DNA from: an uncultured Actinomycetes bacterium
Lineage (GTDB): Bacteria; Actinomycetota; Actinomycetes; Mycobacteriales; SCTD01
Length of the DNA stretch: 64,000 nt
Assembly: GCA_963784675.1 (NCBI GenBank)
Contig: CAWASE010000001.1
Location: 28,449-92,448, forward strand
Reading direction: 5' to 3'
The notes below the pieces were generated by a model that was given only the letters and a program-made list of their open reading frames with translations, was not told the DNA's origin and made no database searches. The translations under genes were made by a program, and so were the position numbers. Within the stretch, counting starts at the first letter, position 1; every line of letters begins with the position of its first letter. Below are positions 28,194-37,506 of the stretch, piece by piece.

Positions 28194-29060
28194 GTGAGTC
28201 GAGCCGTCGTCGTGACCGGCGCCAACAGCGGCATCGGACTGGTCACCGCCCTCGAGCTCGCCGGTGCGGGCTATGACGTCTGGGGCACCGTGCGCAGCGC
28301 GGAGAAGGCCGAGCTGGTCGCGCGGGCCAGCGTCGACCGCGGCGTGAGCGTGCGGACCGTCGAGCTCGACGTCGACGACGCCGACAGCTGCGCGCACGGG
28401 CTGGCGCAGGTGGCCGCCGCCACCGACGGCGGCCCCTGGGGGCTGGTGAACAACGCCGGCTTCGTCCGCTCCGGCGCCGTCGAGGACGTCGACGACGACG
28501 AGGTCCGTGCCCAGCTGGAGACCAACCTGCTGGCCCCGATGCGGCTGGCCCGGCTGGTGCTGCCACGCATGCGCGAGCGCGGAGAGGGCCGGATCGTGAA
28601 CATCAGCTCGGTCGTCGGCCGGCTGTCGGTGCCGCTGCTGGGGTGGTACTGCGCGTCCAAGCACGCGCTGGAGGCGATCACCGACGCCCTGCGGATGGAG
28701 GTGCACGGCGACGGGGTGCGCGTCAGCCTGGTGGAGCCGGGCATGTTCGGCACCGACATCTGGTCCGCGGCGCAGCAGGGCGGGTTCCCCGCGACCGGCT
28801 CCGCCCGCTACAGCGCTGCCTACGCCCGCTCGGAGGCGCTGGGCGCGCGCAGCCACCGCCTGCCGGACCCCGTGTGGGTGGCCCGCGCGGTGCGGCTGGC
28901 CCTGGCCAACCCCGTCCCGCTGGCGCGCTACGTGGTCGGCGCCGACGCCGTCGGCGGCATCCTGACCGAGAAGCTGACGCCGACCACCGTCACCGACTAC
29001 GTCAAGACGCTCACGACCGGCCTGCGGGCCCGGCCGTTCCGCCGGAAGCCGTCCCGATGA
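28194..29060 (+). CDS. Short-chain dehydrogenase/reductase (SDR)
   Basis: VVVTGANSGIGL, NNAG and YCASKHAL motifs. GTG 28194 follows AGGAG (28181-28185). Confidence 0.85.
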   Translation: MSRAVVVTGANSGIGLVTALELAGAGYDVWGTVRSAEKAELVARASVDRGVSVRTVELDVDDADSCAHGLAQVAAATDGGPWGLVNNAGFVRSGAVEDVDDDEVRAQLETNLLAPMRLARLVLPRMRERGEGRIVNISSVVGRLSVPLLGWYCASKHALEAITDALRMEVHGDGVRVSLVEPGMFGTDIWSAAQQGGFPATGSARYSAAYARSEALGARSHRLPDPVWVARAVRLALANPVPLARYVVGADAVGGILTEKLTPTTVTDYVKTLTTGLRARPFRRKPSR

Positions 29061-29584
29061 CCGGTCCAGCGCCCGACGGCGACGCTCCCGACCACGACGC
29101 CGCCGACCGAGACGCTCCCGACGTAGTACCGGGCGGGGCGTCGGAGCCGGCCTACCGCGAGCGGCTGGTGGTGCCCGCCGGCCTGTGGGCGCTCGTGCTG
29201 GTCGTCGCGCTGGTCGTGGCGGCGACGCTGCACGGCGGCGCCGGCGGGGCGCGCGCCGTCGTGCCCTACCTGCTGGTGCTGCCGCTGACGGTGGTCCTGC
29301 TGCTGTTCGCCTCGCGGCACGAGGTGGTGGTGGCCGACGGCGTCCTGGCGGTGCCCGGAGCCCGGATCGGCCTGAGCCAGATCGGGGGCGTCACCCCGCT
29401 GGACCGCGACGGCACCCGTCGCCTGCGCGGACCCTTGGCGCAGCCACGGGCGTTCGTCGCCGTGCGCAGCTGGCAGAGCCGCTCGGTGCGCATCCAGATC
29501 GAGGACCCGGACGACGACACGCCCTACTGGCTGGTGGGGACACGGAACCCGGACGCGCTGGTCGCGGCGCTGCACCGCGGCTGA
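29057..29584 (+). CDS. DUF3093-like membrane protein
   Basis: ATG 29057 overlaps the SDR stop (ATGA). Two TM segments, then a GARIGLSQIGGVTPLD... PH-like tail. Confidence 0.65.
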   Translation: MTGPAPDGDAPDHDAADRDAPDVVPGGASEPAYRERLVVPAGLWALVLVVALVVAATLHGGAGGARAVVPYLLVLPLTVVLLLFASRHEVVVADGVLAVPGARIGLSQIGGVTPLDRDGTRRLRGPLAQPRAFVAVRSWQSRSVRIQIEDPDDDTPYWLVGTRNPDALVAALHRG

Positions 29585-29591
29585 ACCACCG

Positions 29592-29798
29592 TCAGGTCTG
29601 CTCGAGGGCGTCCGGCTTGTGCACGGCGTCCTTGCCGCTCTTGTCGCTGCGGACGAGGTACTGGGGGTCGTCCGGCGCGGCTCGCACGGTCCGCCCGGCC
29701 GCCTCGGTGTCGGCAGTGATCTTCTTCTGGACCGTGCCCTCGGTCGTGGTGCCGTGCGTCTTCCAGCGGACGTGGTCGCCCTTGTGCGGCTCAGCCAT
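29592..29798 (-). CDS. DUF2945-like small protein
   Basis: 68 aa: MAEPHKGDHVRWKTHGTTTEGTVQKKI.... Small Tudor/SH3-like pattern, recalled from DUF2945. Confidence 0.6.
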   Translation of the reverse strand: MAEPHKGDHVRWKTHGTTTEGTVQKKITADTEAAGRTVRAAPDDPQYLVRSDKSGKDAVHKPDALEQT

Positions 29799-29899
29799 CG
29801 GTTGCTCCTGCTCGGTGCGGCGGACTGCTCGGCATGGACGCTGCCGTGCTTCCCGGGCCGCGCCGGTTCACGCCTTCGACGGCGGGGCAGGAGCCGACC

Positions 29900-30190
29900 A
29901 TGGCTGCTGTCGAGAAGGTGCTGTGGAAGGTCGTCGGGGTCACGTCGGGGCTGGTGGCCGCGAAGGTCGGTCGGTCGGCCCTGGACAAGACGTGGGCGAA
30001 GACCAAGGGCGGTGAGCCGCCGCGCAACCCTGCCTCGCGGGACACCACCTGGACCGAGGCCGTGCAGTGGGCGATCGCCAGCGGGGTGGCCGTCGCCGTG
30101 GCGCGGCTGATCGCGACGCGGGGGGCGGCCTCGGCCTGGCAGAAGACCACCGGGCACCTGCCGCCCGGCCTGGAAGAGGTCGGCAACTAG
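29900..30190 (+). CDS. DUF4235-like protein
   Basis: MAAVEKVLWKVVGVTSGLVAAKVGRSALDKTW...WTEAVQWAIASGVAVAVARLIATRGA. ATG 29900 chosen over the ORF track start at 29834. Confidence 0.6.
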   Translation: MAAVEKVLWKVVGVTSGLVAAKVGRSALDKTWAKTKGGEPPRNPASRDTTWTEAVQWAIASGVAVAVARLIATRGAASAWQKTTGHLPPGLEEVGN

Positions 30191-31570
30191 GTGTCGACCG
30201 CCGCCACGATCGACCCTGAGGACCTGGCCTACGCCGGGGCGGTCGGGCAGCTGGAGCTGCTGCGCTCCGGTCGGGTCAACGCCGTCGAGCTGCTCGAGGT
30301 GTGCCTGGCGCGCATCGACCGCTTCGACGGCGACCTGAACGCCTTCCGCACCGTGTTCCGCGACGCTGCCCGGGCCCAGGCGCAGGCCGCCGACGCCGAG
30401 CGGGCAGCGGGCGGCGAGCGGACCCTGCTGGGGCTGCCCGTTGCGGTGAAGGACAACGTGCACGTGCAGGGGCACCGTCCGTCGATGGGCACCGGCTCGG
30501 TCGAACCGCCCGCGCCGCGCGACGCCGAGCAGGTCCGCCGGCTGCGGGCCGCCGGGGCCGTCGTCGTCGGGACGACCCATCTGCCCGAGCTGGCGCTGTG
30601 GCCCTTCACCGAGTCGCAGACGTGGGGGGTCACCCGCAACCCCTGGAACCGTGCCCACTCGGTCGGCGGCTCCTCCGGGGGCTCGGCCGCGGCGGTGGCG
30701 GCGGGCCTAGTGGCGGCGGCGACCGCGTCCGACGGCGGCGGCTCGATCCGCATCCCGGCGGCGCACTGCGGCCTGGTCGGGTTGAAGCCGCAGCGTGGAC
30801 GGGTACCGCTGGGCGATCCCGGAGACGAGCACGCCGAGCACTGGTACGGGTTGTCGGTCGCCGGCGTCCTCACCCGCTCGGTCGCCGACCAGGCGCTGCT
30901 GCTGTCCGTGCTGACCGACGGCGCGGTGACCCTCGGCCCGGAGCCGTCCGCGCTGCGCATCGCGTGGAGCGTGCGCCCGCCGATCCCGGCGCCGGTCTCC
31001 GCCGAGCAGCAGGACGCGCTGCAGGCCACCTGCGACGTGCTCCGCTCGCTCGGCCACACCGTCGTCCAGGCCGATCCCGACCACGGACGGACCCCGCAGG
31101 CCTTCGTCCCGCTGTACCTGCGGGGCGCACGCCAGGACCTCGCCGCACTGGCCGACCCGGCCGCCACCGAACCCCGGACCCGGCTCGCCGCCGCAGCCGG
31201 CCGTCTCGTGCCGGACGCGCTCCTGGCCCGGGCCCGGGCGCAAGGCGCGCGCGAGGCGCAGCGGCTCGCGGTGCTGCCCGGTGGCGCCGACGTGCTGCTC
31301 ACCCCCGTGCTCGCCGGCCCGCCGCCGCGGACCGGCACGCTCACCGGCCGCCGCACGCTGGCGCTGGCCGGCCGCGTGGCTCCCTTCACCCCCGCGTGGA
31401 ACGTGACGGGACAGCCGGCCCTCTCCGTCCCCGCCGGCCGCACGGCCGGCGGGCTGCCGCTGGCCGTCCAGCTGGTCGGACGTCCGGACGAGGAGGCGCT
31501 GCTGCTGGCCGTCGCCGCTCAGCTCGAGGCCGCGACGTCCTTCACGCACGACCGACCCGATCTGCGGTGA
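30191..31570 (+). CDS. Amidase (amidase-signature family)
   Basis: AS signature GGSSGGSAAAVAAGLVAAATASDGGGSIRIPAA, with the upstream catalytic Lys context PVAVKDN. Confidence 0.85.
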   Translation: MSTAATIDPEDLAYAGAVGQLELLRSGRVNAVELLEVCLARIDRFDGDLNAFRTVFRDAARAQAQAADAERAAGGERTLLGLPVAVKDNVHVQGHRPSMGTGSVEPPAPRDAEQVRRLRAAGAVVVGTTHLPELALWPFTESQTWGVTRNPWNRAHSVGGSSGGSAAAVAAGLVAAATASDGGGSIRIPAAHCGLVGLKPQRGRVPLGDPGDEHAEHWYGLSVAGVLTRSVADQALLLSVLTDGAVTLGPEPSALRIAWSVRPPIPAPVSAEQQDALQATCDVLRSLGHTVVQADPDHGRTPQAFVPLYLRGARQDLAALADPAATEPRTRLAAAAGRLVPDALLARARAQGAREAQRLAVLPGGADVLLTPVLAGPPPRTGTLTGRRTLALAGRVAPFTPAWNVTGQPALSVPAGRTAGGLPLAVQLVGRPDEEALLLAVAAQLEAATSFTHDRPDLR

Positions 31571-31608
31571 ACGACACCGTCCGGTCACACCCCGTAACAT
31601 CAGCACCC

Positions 31609-32844
31609 GTGACGCCCGTAGCACCGCAGGCCGGTGGTGACCTCGACCTGCTGCTGCGCAGCCGCTTCCGGCCGGGTCTGCAGGGCACCGTGCTCGCGCA
31701 CCGGCGGGCGACGATCGTGTTCGACGCCGCCGACTCCGGGGTCTGGACGGTCGAGCTGGCCGACGGCCGCGCACGCGCCCGCCGCGGCGCCGCCGCCGAG
31801 CCCACCCTCGTGGTCCACTCCAGCGCGGGAGTGCTCGCGGGCGTGGTGTCCGGGCGCACCTCGGGCGTCCAGGCCTTTCTCGACGGCGCCCTGACGGTGC
31901 GCGGCGACCTCGCCCTGTCGCTGCAGCTGGACGGCCTGTTCAGCGCCGACCCCGACCGCGACCCGCACCTGCCCCGGGCGCTGGAGGTCGACGCCATGGG
32001 CGTCCGCACGCTGTACCTGGAGGCCGGGCCGCCGGACGCTCCGCCGGTGCTGCTGCTGCACGGTCTCGGCGCGACCAACGCCAGCATGCTGCCGGTGCTG
32101 GCCGACCTGGCCCGCGACCACCGGGTGCTCGCACCTGACTCCCCCGGCTTCGGAGCCAGCGACGCCCCGCGCAGCCCCTACAACCCCGCCTGGTTCGCGG
32201 CCTGGGTCGAGGAGTTCCAGCGGCGCACCGACAGTCGCGGCGCCGTCCTGGTCGGCAACAGCCTCGGCGGACGGGTGGCGCTGGAGGCCGGCATGACGCA
32301 TCCCGGCTCGGTGCGGGCCCTGGTCCTCATCACGCCGTCGCCGGCCTTCCGACGGCTGCGCCAGTACGTCCCGCTGGTGCGCCGCGTCCCGCCCGAGCTC
32401 GCCCGCATCCCGCTGCCCCGGAGCCACCGGCTGGTGGTCGAGGGCATCCGCACGATGTTCGCCGACCCCGACCGCCTGCCGCGCGAGTGGTACGACGCCG
32501 CCGCCGACGAGGCGGTCCGCGTGCTCGCCAGCCGCGACCACCGCATCGCCTTCTTCGCGTGCGCCCGGCAGATCTACCTCGAGGACGCCTACGGCAAGAA
32601 CGGCTTCTGGCAGCGGCTGCCCGGGCTGCTGCCGCCGGCGCTGTTCCTGTGGGGCGAGAAGGACCGCCTCGTGCCCTCCTCGTTCGCCCGGCACGTCGCC
32701 GACGCGCTGCCCAGCGCGGGCTCCATCGTCATCGAGGACTGTGGCCACGTGCCGCAGTTCGAGCACCCGCTCGAGACCATGGCCATGATCCGCGGCTTCA
32801 TCGAGAACCTGGACGACGGCGACCGGCGGCGTCCCGCGCGCTGA
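31609..32844 (+). CDS. SCP2 sterol-binding domain fused to an alpha/beta hydrolase
   Basis: The N-terminal ~115 aa contain SSAGVLAGVVSGRTSGVQAFLDGALTVRGDLALSLQLDGLF (SCP2-like). This is followed by LLLHGLGAT...GNSLGG (nucleophile elbow)...DCGHVPQFE. Confidence 0.7.
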   Translation: MTPVAPQAGGDLDLLLRSRFRPGLQGTVLAHRRATIVFDAADSGVWTVELADGRARARRGAAAEPTLVVHSSAGVLAGVVSGRTSGVQAFLDGALTVRGDLALSLQLDGLFSADPDRDPHLPRALEVDAMGVRTLYLEAGPPDAPPVLLLHGLGATNASMLPVLADLARDHRVLAPDSPGFGASDAPRSPYNPAWFAAWVEEFQRRTDSRGAVLVGNSLGGRVALEAGMTHPGSVRALVLITPSPAFRRLRQYVPLVRRVPPELARIPLPRSHRLVVEGIRTMFADPDRLPREWYDAAADEAVRVLASRDHRIAFFACARQIYLEDAYGKNGFWQRLPGLLPPALFLWGEKDRLVPSSFARHVADALPSAGSIVIEDCGHVPQFEHPLETMAMIRGFIENLDDGDRRRPAR

Positions 32845-32886
32845 TCCGGCGCGCGCCTGTCGGCGGACGCGGCTAGCGTCGCCGGC

Positions 32887-34672
32887 GTGACCAGCACGCC
32901 ACCCGGCTCCCCCTCGCCCTCCGCCGGACCGGGCGAGCCCGTCCGTCCCGGGTCCGCCACCGGCGAGGCGGCGGCGCGGGGTGACGGTGACGGTGCCGCG
33001 GCAGACCCTGCGCGCCCGGCCCGACCGTTCCTGGTGCTCGGGATCGTGCTGACGTCGGTCTTCGTCCAGCTGCTCGACATCTCCATCGTCAACGTCGCCA
33101 TCCCGTCGATTCAGCGCGACCTCGGCGCGGGCACGGCAGCGATCCAGCTCGTCATCGCCGGCTATCAGCTCGCCTTCGCGTGCACGTTGATCAGCGCGGC
33201 CCGGCTCGGCGACATCCGCGGCCGTCGCACGCTGTTCGTCAGCGGCATGGCGGTCTTCACCGTCGCCTCGCTGCTGTGCGGGCTGGCGCCGGACCCGACG
33301 ACGCTGGTGCTGGCGCGGGCGCTGCAGGGCCTCGGATCGGGGCTGATGTTCCCGCAGGTGCTGTCGGTCATCCAGGTCACCTTCCTGCCCGAGGAGCGCG
33401 GCCGGGCCTTCGGCATCTTCGGCGCCACGATCGGGTTGGCCACCATCTGCGGTCCGCTGTTCGGCGGTCTGCTGCTCAAGGCCGACGTGTTCGGCACCGA
33501 CTGGCGCGCCATCTTCCTGGTGAACGTGCCGATGGGCATCGCAGCCATCGTGCTGGCGCTGCGCGAGATGCCCGACAGCGTCGCCCCCGGCGCTCCGCGG
33601 CTGGACCTGCCCGGGGTCGGCCTGATCGCCGTCGGCCTGTTCCTGCTGGTCTTCCCGCTGACCGAGGGCCGCCAGCGCGGGCTGGCCCTGGTGGATCTAC
33701 CTCATGCTGGCGGCCAGCGCCCCCGTGCTCGCCGCGTTCGTCGCGGCTGCAGCGCCGCAAGACGCGCCGAGAACGACGACCCGCTCGTGCTGCTCAGCCT
33801 GTTCGGCGACCCCGTCTTCCGTTCCGGAGCGATCGCTGTCGGCCGTGTTCTTCCTCGGGATCGCGCCGTTCTTCTTCGCCTTCTCGCTGTACCTGCAGGT
33901 GGGGCTGGGCTTCAGCCCGCTGCACTCCGGGCTCACCACGCTCCCGTTCGCCTTCGGCTCGGCCTTCGCCTCCGCCCGCTCGGAGAAGGTGGCAGCCCGG
34001 GTAGGGAGCAGCGTGCTCACGCTCGGCGCCGGGCTGGTCTGCGTCGGCATGCTCGGCCTGATCGCCACTCTGCATGCTGAAGGCCCCGCTCTGACCTCCT
34101 GGCACCTGGCCCCGGTCCTGCTGGTGTGCGGCCTCGGGCTGGGCCTGTTCATCGCGCCTCTCAGCAACATCGTCCTGGCGGGGGTCAGCGGGCGCGAGAC
34201 CGGCAGCGCCTCCGGCCTGCTCTCCACCGTGCAGCAGGTCGGCGGTGCGCTCGGCGTCGCCGTCATCGGCCTGTCCTGTTCGGGCTGCTCGGCGCGACGG
34301 CGCCGCGTCGGCGGGCAGGCCGGCGCCGGCCTGCGCGCCGCGCTCGGTGTCCGCCGGCCTGCCGGCGCAGGCGGTCGAGCCGGCGGTGGCCGGTTTCACC
34401 GACTGCTTCCAGCGACCGCGCGCAGCAGCGACCCCTCGACGAGCCGCCTGCCGGAGGTGCTGGAGCGCCCGACCCGGCCCCGGCGCGCAGGCTTTCGCGG
34501 CCGCTGCGTCGCGGGCCACCGCCACCGACTACCAGTGGGCGATCACGCACGCGCTGACCCTGCTGTTCGAGGTGCTGGTCTTCGCCGGGCGCCGGCCTGC
34601 TCAGCCGCGCGCGTCACCCGGAGCACCGCCGCACGGCCGAGCCCGGTGCCCGTCGCCGCAGGCGAGCCGTAG
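32887..34672 (+). pseudogene. MFS (DHA2/EmrB-type, 14-TM) transporter with multiple frameshifts
   Basis: Intact to ...FPLTEGRQRG (33681). The recognisable sequence then hops frames: WPWWIYLMLAASAPVLAAFVA / LQRRKTR / ENDDPLVLLSLFGDPVFRSGAIA / SAVFFLGIAPFFFAFSLYLQVGLGF...GVAVIG / VLFGLLGA / ...SAGLPAQAVEPAVAGFTDCFQ.... The 3' end is uncertain (34672 or 34693). Confidence 0.7.
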
Positions 34673-34699
34673 CGGCAGGTGCCGCCTGGCCCTGAGCGG

Positions 34700-35539
34700 T
34701 CAGCGGCGGCGTCCCCAGCGGCGCGCGGGCGGCACCGTGCGGTCCAGGTCGGCCAGCAGCGCCTCACCGAGGCTGCGGGTCTCCCGGCGGTTGAGCTCGG
34801 CCCCGGCCACCGCGCCGGCCAGGAAGGGCGCCATCGTCGACAGGTTGCGGCCGAGTCGGCGCGCCACCCGTCGTCGCAGCTGCTGGCGCGCGGCGGCGCC
34901 CAGCACCGTGGCCAGCCCCGGGACCGGTGCTGCCGGGTCGACGGCCGTCCGCGACGCCCACGAGGTGAGGTAGGCGGTCGCGACCTGCGGCGCGGAGGCC
35001 AGCGGTGCGCGGTCCCGCAGCACGTGCAGCTCGGCGACCAGCTTCAGCTCGATGGCCACGACGGCCAACGTCTCCGCCCCGAGCTGCAGCGGCGCGGCCA
35101 GCAGCGTCGGCGGCGCAGCCAGCTGTACGGCCGTCAGCGTGCCGCCGGCCGCGCCGACGGCGGCGGTCGCCCGGGACGCCGACCGGATCAGCGCCGCGGC
35201 CAGGTCGTCACCGGTGAGGCCGTCGTGGTGGGCGGACATCGTCGGCAGGTCGCGCACCGGGACGTGCGGCGCCAGCTCGGCGACCAGGTCCGCCAACCAC
35301 CTGCCGGTGACGGCCGCTCGCGCACCGGCCGCGCGGGCCGAGCCCGCCAGCGAACCGGTCAGCTGGCCCAGCAGCTTCCCCCGCTCGCGGGCGTCCAGCT
35401 CGTCGCCGGACAACCGGCCGACGAGCTCCGCCAGCTGGGCGGACGGCGCGAGCCCGGCAGCGGGGTCGTCGGCACGGGGCTGCGGTCCGGGAGCCGGAGG
35501 GTCGGTGGTGTCCGGGCCGTCCGCGCCGGCAGCGCTCAC
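34700..35539 (-). CDS. Conserved hypothetical Ala-rich protein
   Basis: GTG 35539 lies just downstream of the DUF4193 stop. Strong GC3 periodicity; no motif recognised. Confidence 0.5.
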   Translation of the reverse strand: MSAAGADGPDTTDPPAPGPQPRADDPAAGLAPSAQLAELVGRLSGDELDARERGKLLGQLTGSLAGSARAAGARAAVTGRWLADLVAELAPHVPVRDLPTMSAHHDGLTGDDLAAALIRSASRATAAVGAAGGTLTAVQLAAPPTLLAAPLQLGAETLAVVAIELKLVAELHVLRDRAPLASAPQVATAYLTSWASRTAVDPAAPVPGLATVLGAAARQQLRRRVARRLGRNLSTMAPFLAGAVAGAELNRRETRSLGEALLADLDRTVPPARRWGRRR

Positions 35540-35555
35540 GACGGCACCCGGGCGG

Positions 35556-35852
35556 TCAGTCGCACTCCTTGCAGATGAGCCGTCCGCCCTTGTCGGAGGC
35601 GAGCTGGCTGCGGTGGTGCACCAGGAAGCAGCTGCTGCAGGTGAACTCGTCACTCTGCTTCGGCAGCACGCGGACCGTCAGCTCCTCGCCGGACAGGTCG
35701 GCGCCGGGAAGCTCGATGGCCTCGTTCAGGTCGGTCTCGTCGACGTCGACGCTGCTGGACTGCGCCTCCGCCCGACGTGCCTTGAGCTCCTCCAGGCTGT
35801 CCTCGGGCTCGTCGGCATCAGACCGTCGCGGCTGGTCGTAGTCGGTAGCCAT
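35556..35852 (-). CDS. DUF4193-like protein
   Basis: MATDYDQPRRSDADEPEDSLEELK...FTCSSCFLVHHRSQLASDKGGRLICKECD (acidic N-terminus plus a Cys4 C-terminus). AAGGAGC RBS upstream of ATG 35852. Confidence 0.75.
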   Translation of the reverse strand: MATDYDQPRRSDADEPEDSLEELKARRAEAQSSSVDVDETDLNEAIELPGADLSGEELTVRVLPKQSDEFTCSSCFLVHHRSQLASDKGGRLICKECD

Positions 35853-35972
35853 GCTGGGGTGCTCCTTCGTCGTGATGCGCCGGGACAAGCCTCGCCCGTT
35901 CGGGCCCGGCGCGGGGGACAACGCGCGAGGCGGCCCAGTTGTGCCCGACGGTGTCGGGCCCGCCCGGGGGTC

Positions 35973-35997
35973 GGGAGCGCCAGAGGCTAGCGCTCCC
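35973..35997 (-). terminator. Possible stem-loop terminator downstream of the esterase gene
   Basis: GGGAGCGC-N9-GCGCTCCC (8-bp stem), followed on the coding strand by a second hairpin GCCCGAC-N3-GTCGGGC (35943-35959). No U-tract. Confidence 0.25.
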
Positions 35998-36076
35998 CCT
36001 GCGCGACCGACAGCACGTTCGGTGAGTCGTCCATCACCCTGCGTCCGATCCCGGGTGGGCCCGCTCAGCCGGCACC

Positions 36077-36886
36077 TCAGCGCGGCTGCGCCATCCGCGC
36101 GAACGTCCAGAACTCCTGGGTCGCGTCGACGGCGTCGCCCGGCTGCGTCCAGCGGTGCGGGAAGCCGAGCAGCTTGCGGATCGTGATGTCGCTGCCCGGC
36201 GCGGCGGCCTTGATGGTCGGCACGGCGCGCAGGAAAGCGCTGAGCCGCTCGGAGTACTCGGCCCCGTCGAAGGGCACCGCGGTGTCCTTCTCGCCGTGCA
36301 GGTGCAGAGCCCTGATCCGGCCGACGCAGCGCGGGATCTCCAGCGTCCCGCTCATGACCCCGACGGTGTCGACGAGGTCCGGCCGCGCGCACCCGAACCG
36401 GTAGGCCATCATCGCGCCGTTGCTGAACCCGACGACCGAGATCCGGCCGACCCCCCGTGAGCGCAGGCTGGCGACGACGTCGGACAGGAAGCGGACGTCG
36501 TCGACCTGCTGCAGGACCGCCTCCCCGCAGCACAGGCCGGCGTTGAAGGAGCGACGGACGCCCTCGGGGTAGGCCACGAGCACCCCGTCGCGGTCGGACA
36601 GCACGTCGAACCCGGTGCTCTTCGCGGCGTCCGGAGGGTCGGACTCCAGGCCGTGCAGCACGACCATCGCCGGCTTCCCGGCGGCGCGGCCCGGGTCCAG
36701 GCGGAGCGCCGCGGGCACGTGCAGGACGTAGCCGCGTCCGCTGTCGAGCACGACCCGCTCGTCGGAGGAGCCCTGGACCGGGTCCAGCGCGCCCGCCAGC
36801 GGCGCCGCGGTCGAGACCCCCACGACGAGCAGCACCAGCAGCCCGAGGACGAGCCGCCGGCGGGTCAGGCGAAGGCGGGGTGGCAC
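36077..36886 (-). CDS. Secreted esterase, polyhydroxybutyrate-depolymerase (LpqC-like) family
   Basis: Signal VPPRLRLTRRRLVLGLLVLLVVGVSTAAP, then MVVLHGLESD...NAGLCCG...VVGFSNGAMMAY (GxSxG). Confidence 0.65.
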   Translation of the reverse strand: MPPRLRLTRRRLVLGLLVLLVVGVSTAAPLAGALDPVQGSSDERVVLDSGRGYVLHVPAALRLDPGRAAGKPAMVVLHGLESDPPDAAKSTGFDVLSDRDGVLVAYPEGVRRSFNAGLCCGEAVLQQVDDVRFLSDVVASLRSRGVGRISVVGFSNGAMMAYRFGCARPDLVDTVGVMSGTLEIPRCVGRIRALHLHGEKDTAVPFDGAEYSERLSAFLRAVPTIKAAAPGSDITIRKLLGFPHRWTQPGDAVDATQEFWTFARMAQPR

Positions 36887-36915
36887 GGCACCAGTGTCCC
36901 ACGGCACCGCTGCCC

Positions 36916-37506
36916 TCAGGCCCGGGCGTACGCCCCGAACAGCAGGTCCGCGAGCTCGCGGCACAAGGCGTCCCGGTCGCCGTCGCGGGTCGCCAGCCAC
37001 CAGTCGCCGGCTGCCTGCACCATGCCGACGACGCCGTGCGCCCAGACCTGCGAGCGCCAGGCGTCGACCCCGGTCTCGGCCACCATGCCCTCTGCCAGCC
37101 GCGCCGCCAGGGCGCGGGTGAACGACCGCACCCGGGTCTGGGCACCGGTCGACTCCTCGGAGTGCAGCAGGAAGCGATAGGCCTGCGGGTCGCGCTCGAT
37201 CGCGGCCAGGTAGGCGCCGACGGTGCGCTCGACGCGGTCGCGCCGGTCGGTGCCGGCGCGCAGGCCGTCCAGCAGGTCGGCGAGCAGGCGGTCGGTGTAG
37301 CGGTCGGCCAGGGCGGCGCACAGCCCGTCCCGGTCGCCGAAGTGCCGGTAGAGGATCGGCTTGGTGATGCCCGCCTCGGCCGCCATCGCCGCCATCGAGG
37401 CGGCCGGCCCGTCGCGCTGCACGACGCGGTCCGCGGCGTCGAGCAGCTGCGCGCGCCGGGTGGTGCGGTCCGGGCCCGCGACGGGGACGCGCGAAGGCGC
37501 GCTCAC
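36916..37506 (-). CDS. TetR-family transcriptional regulator
   Basis: HTH segment ASMAAMAAEAGITKPILYRHFGDRDGL. The start directly abuts the acyl-CoA dehydrogenase stop (37507). Confidence 0.85.
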   Translation of the reverse strand: MSAPSRVPVAGPDRTTRRAQLLDAADRVVQRDGPAASMAAMAAEAGITKPILYRHFGDRDGLCAALADRYTDRLLADLLDGLRAGTDRRDRVERTVGAYLAAIERDPQAYRFLLHSEESTGAQTRVRSFTRALAARLAEGMVAETGVDAWRSQVWAHGVVGMVQAAGDWWLATRDGDRDALCRELADLLFGAYARA

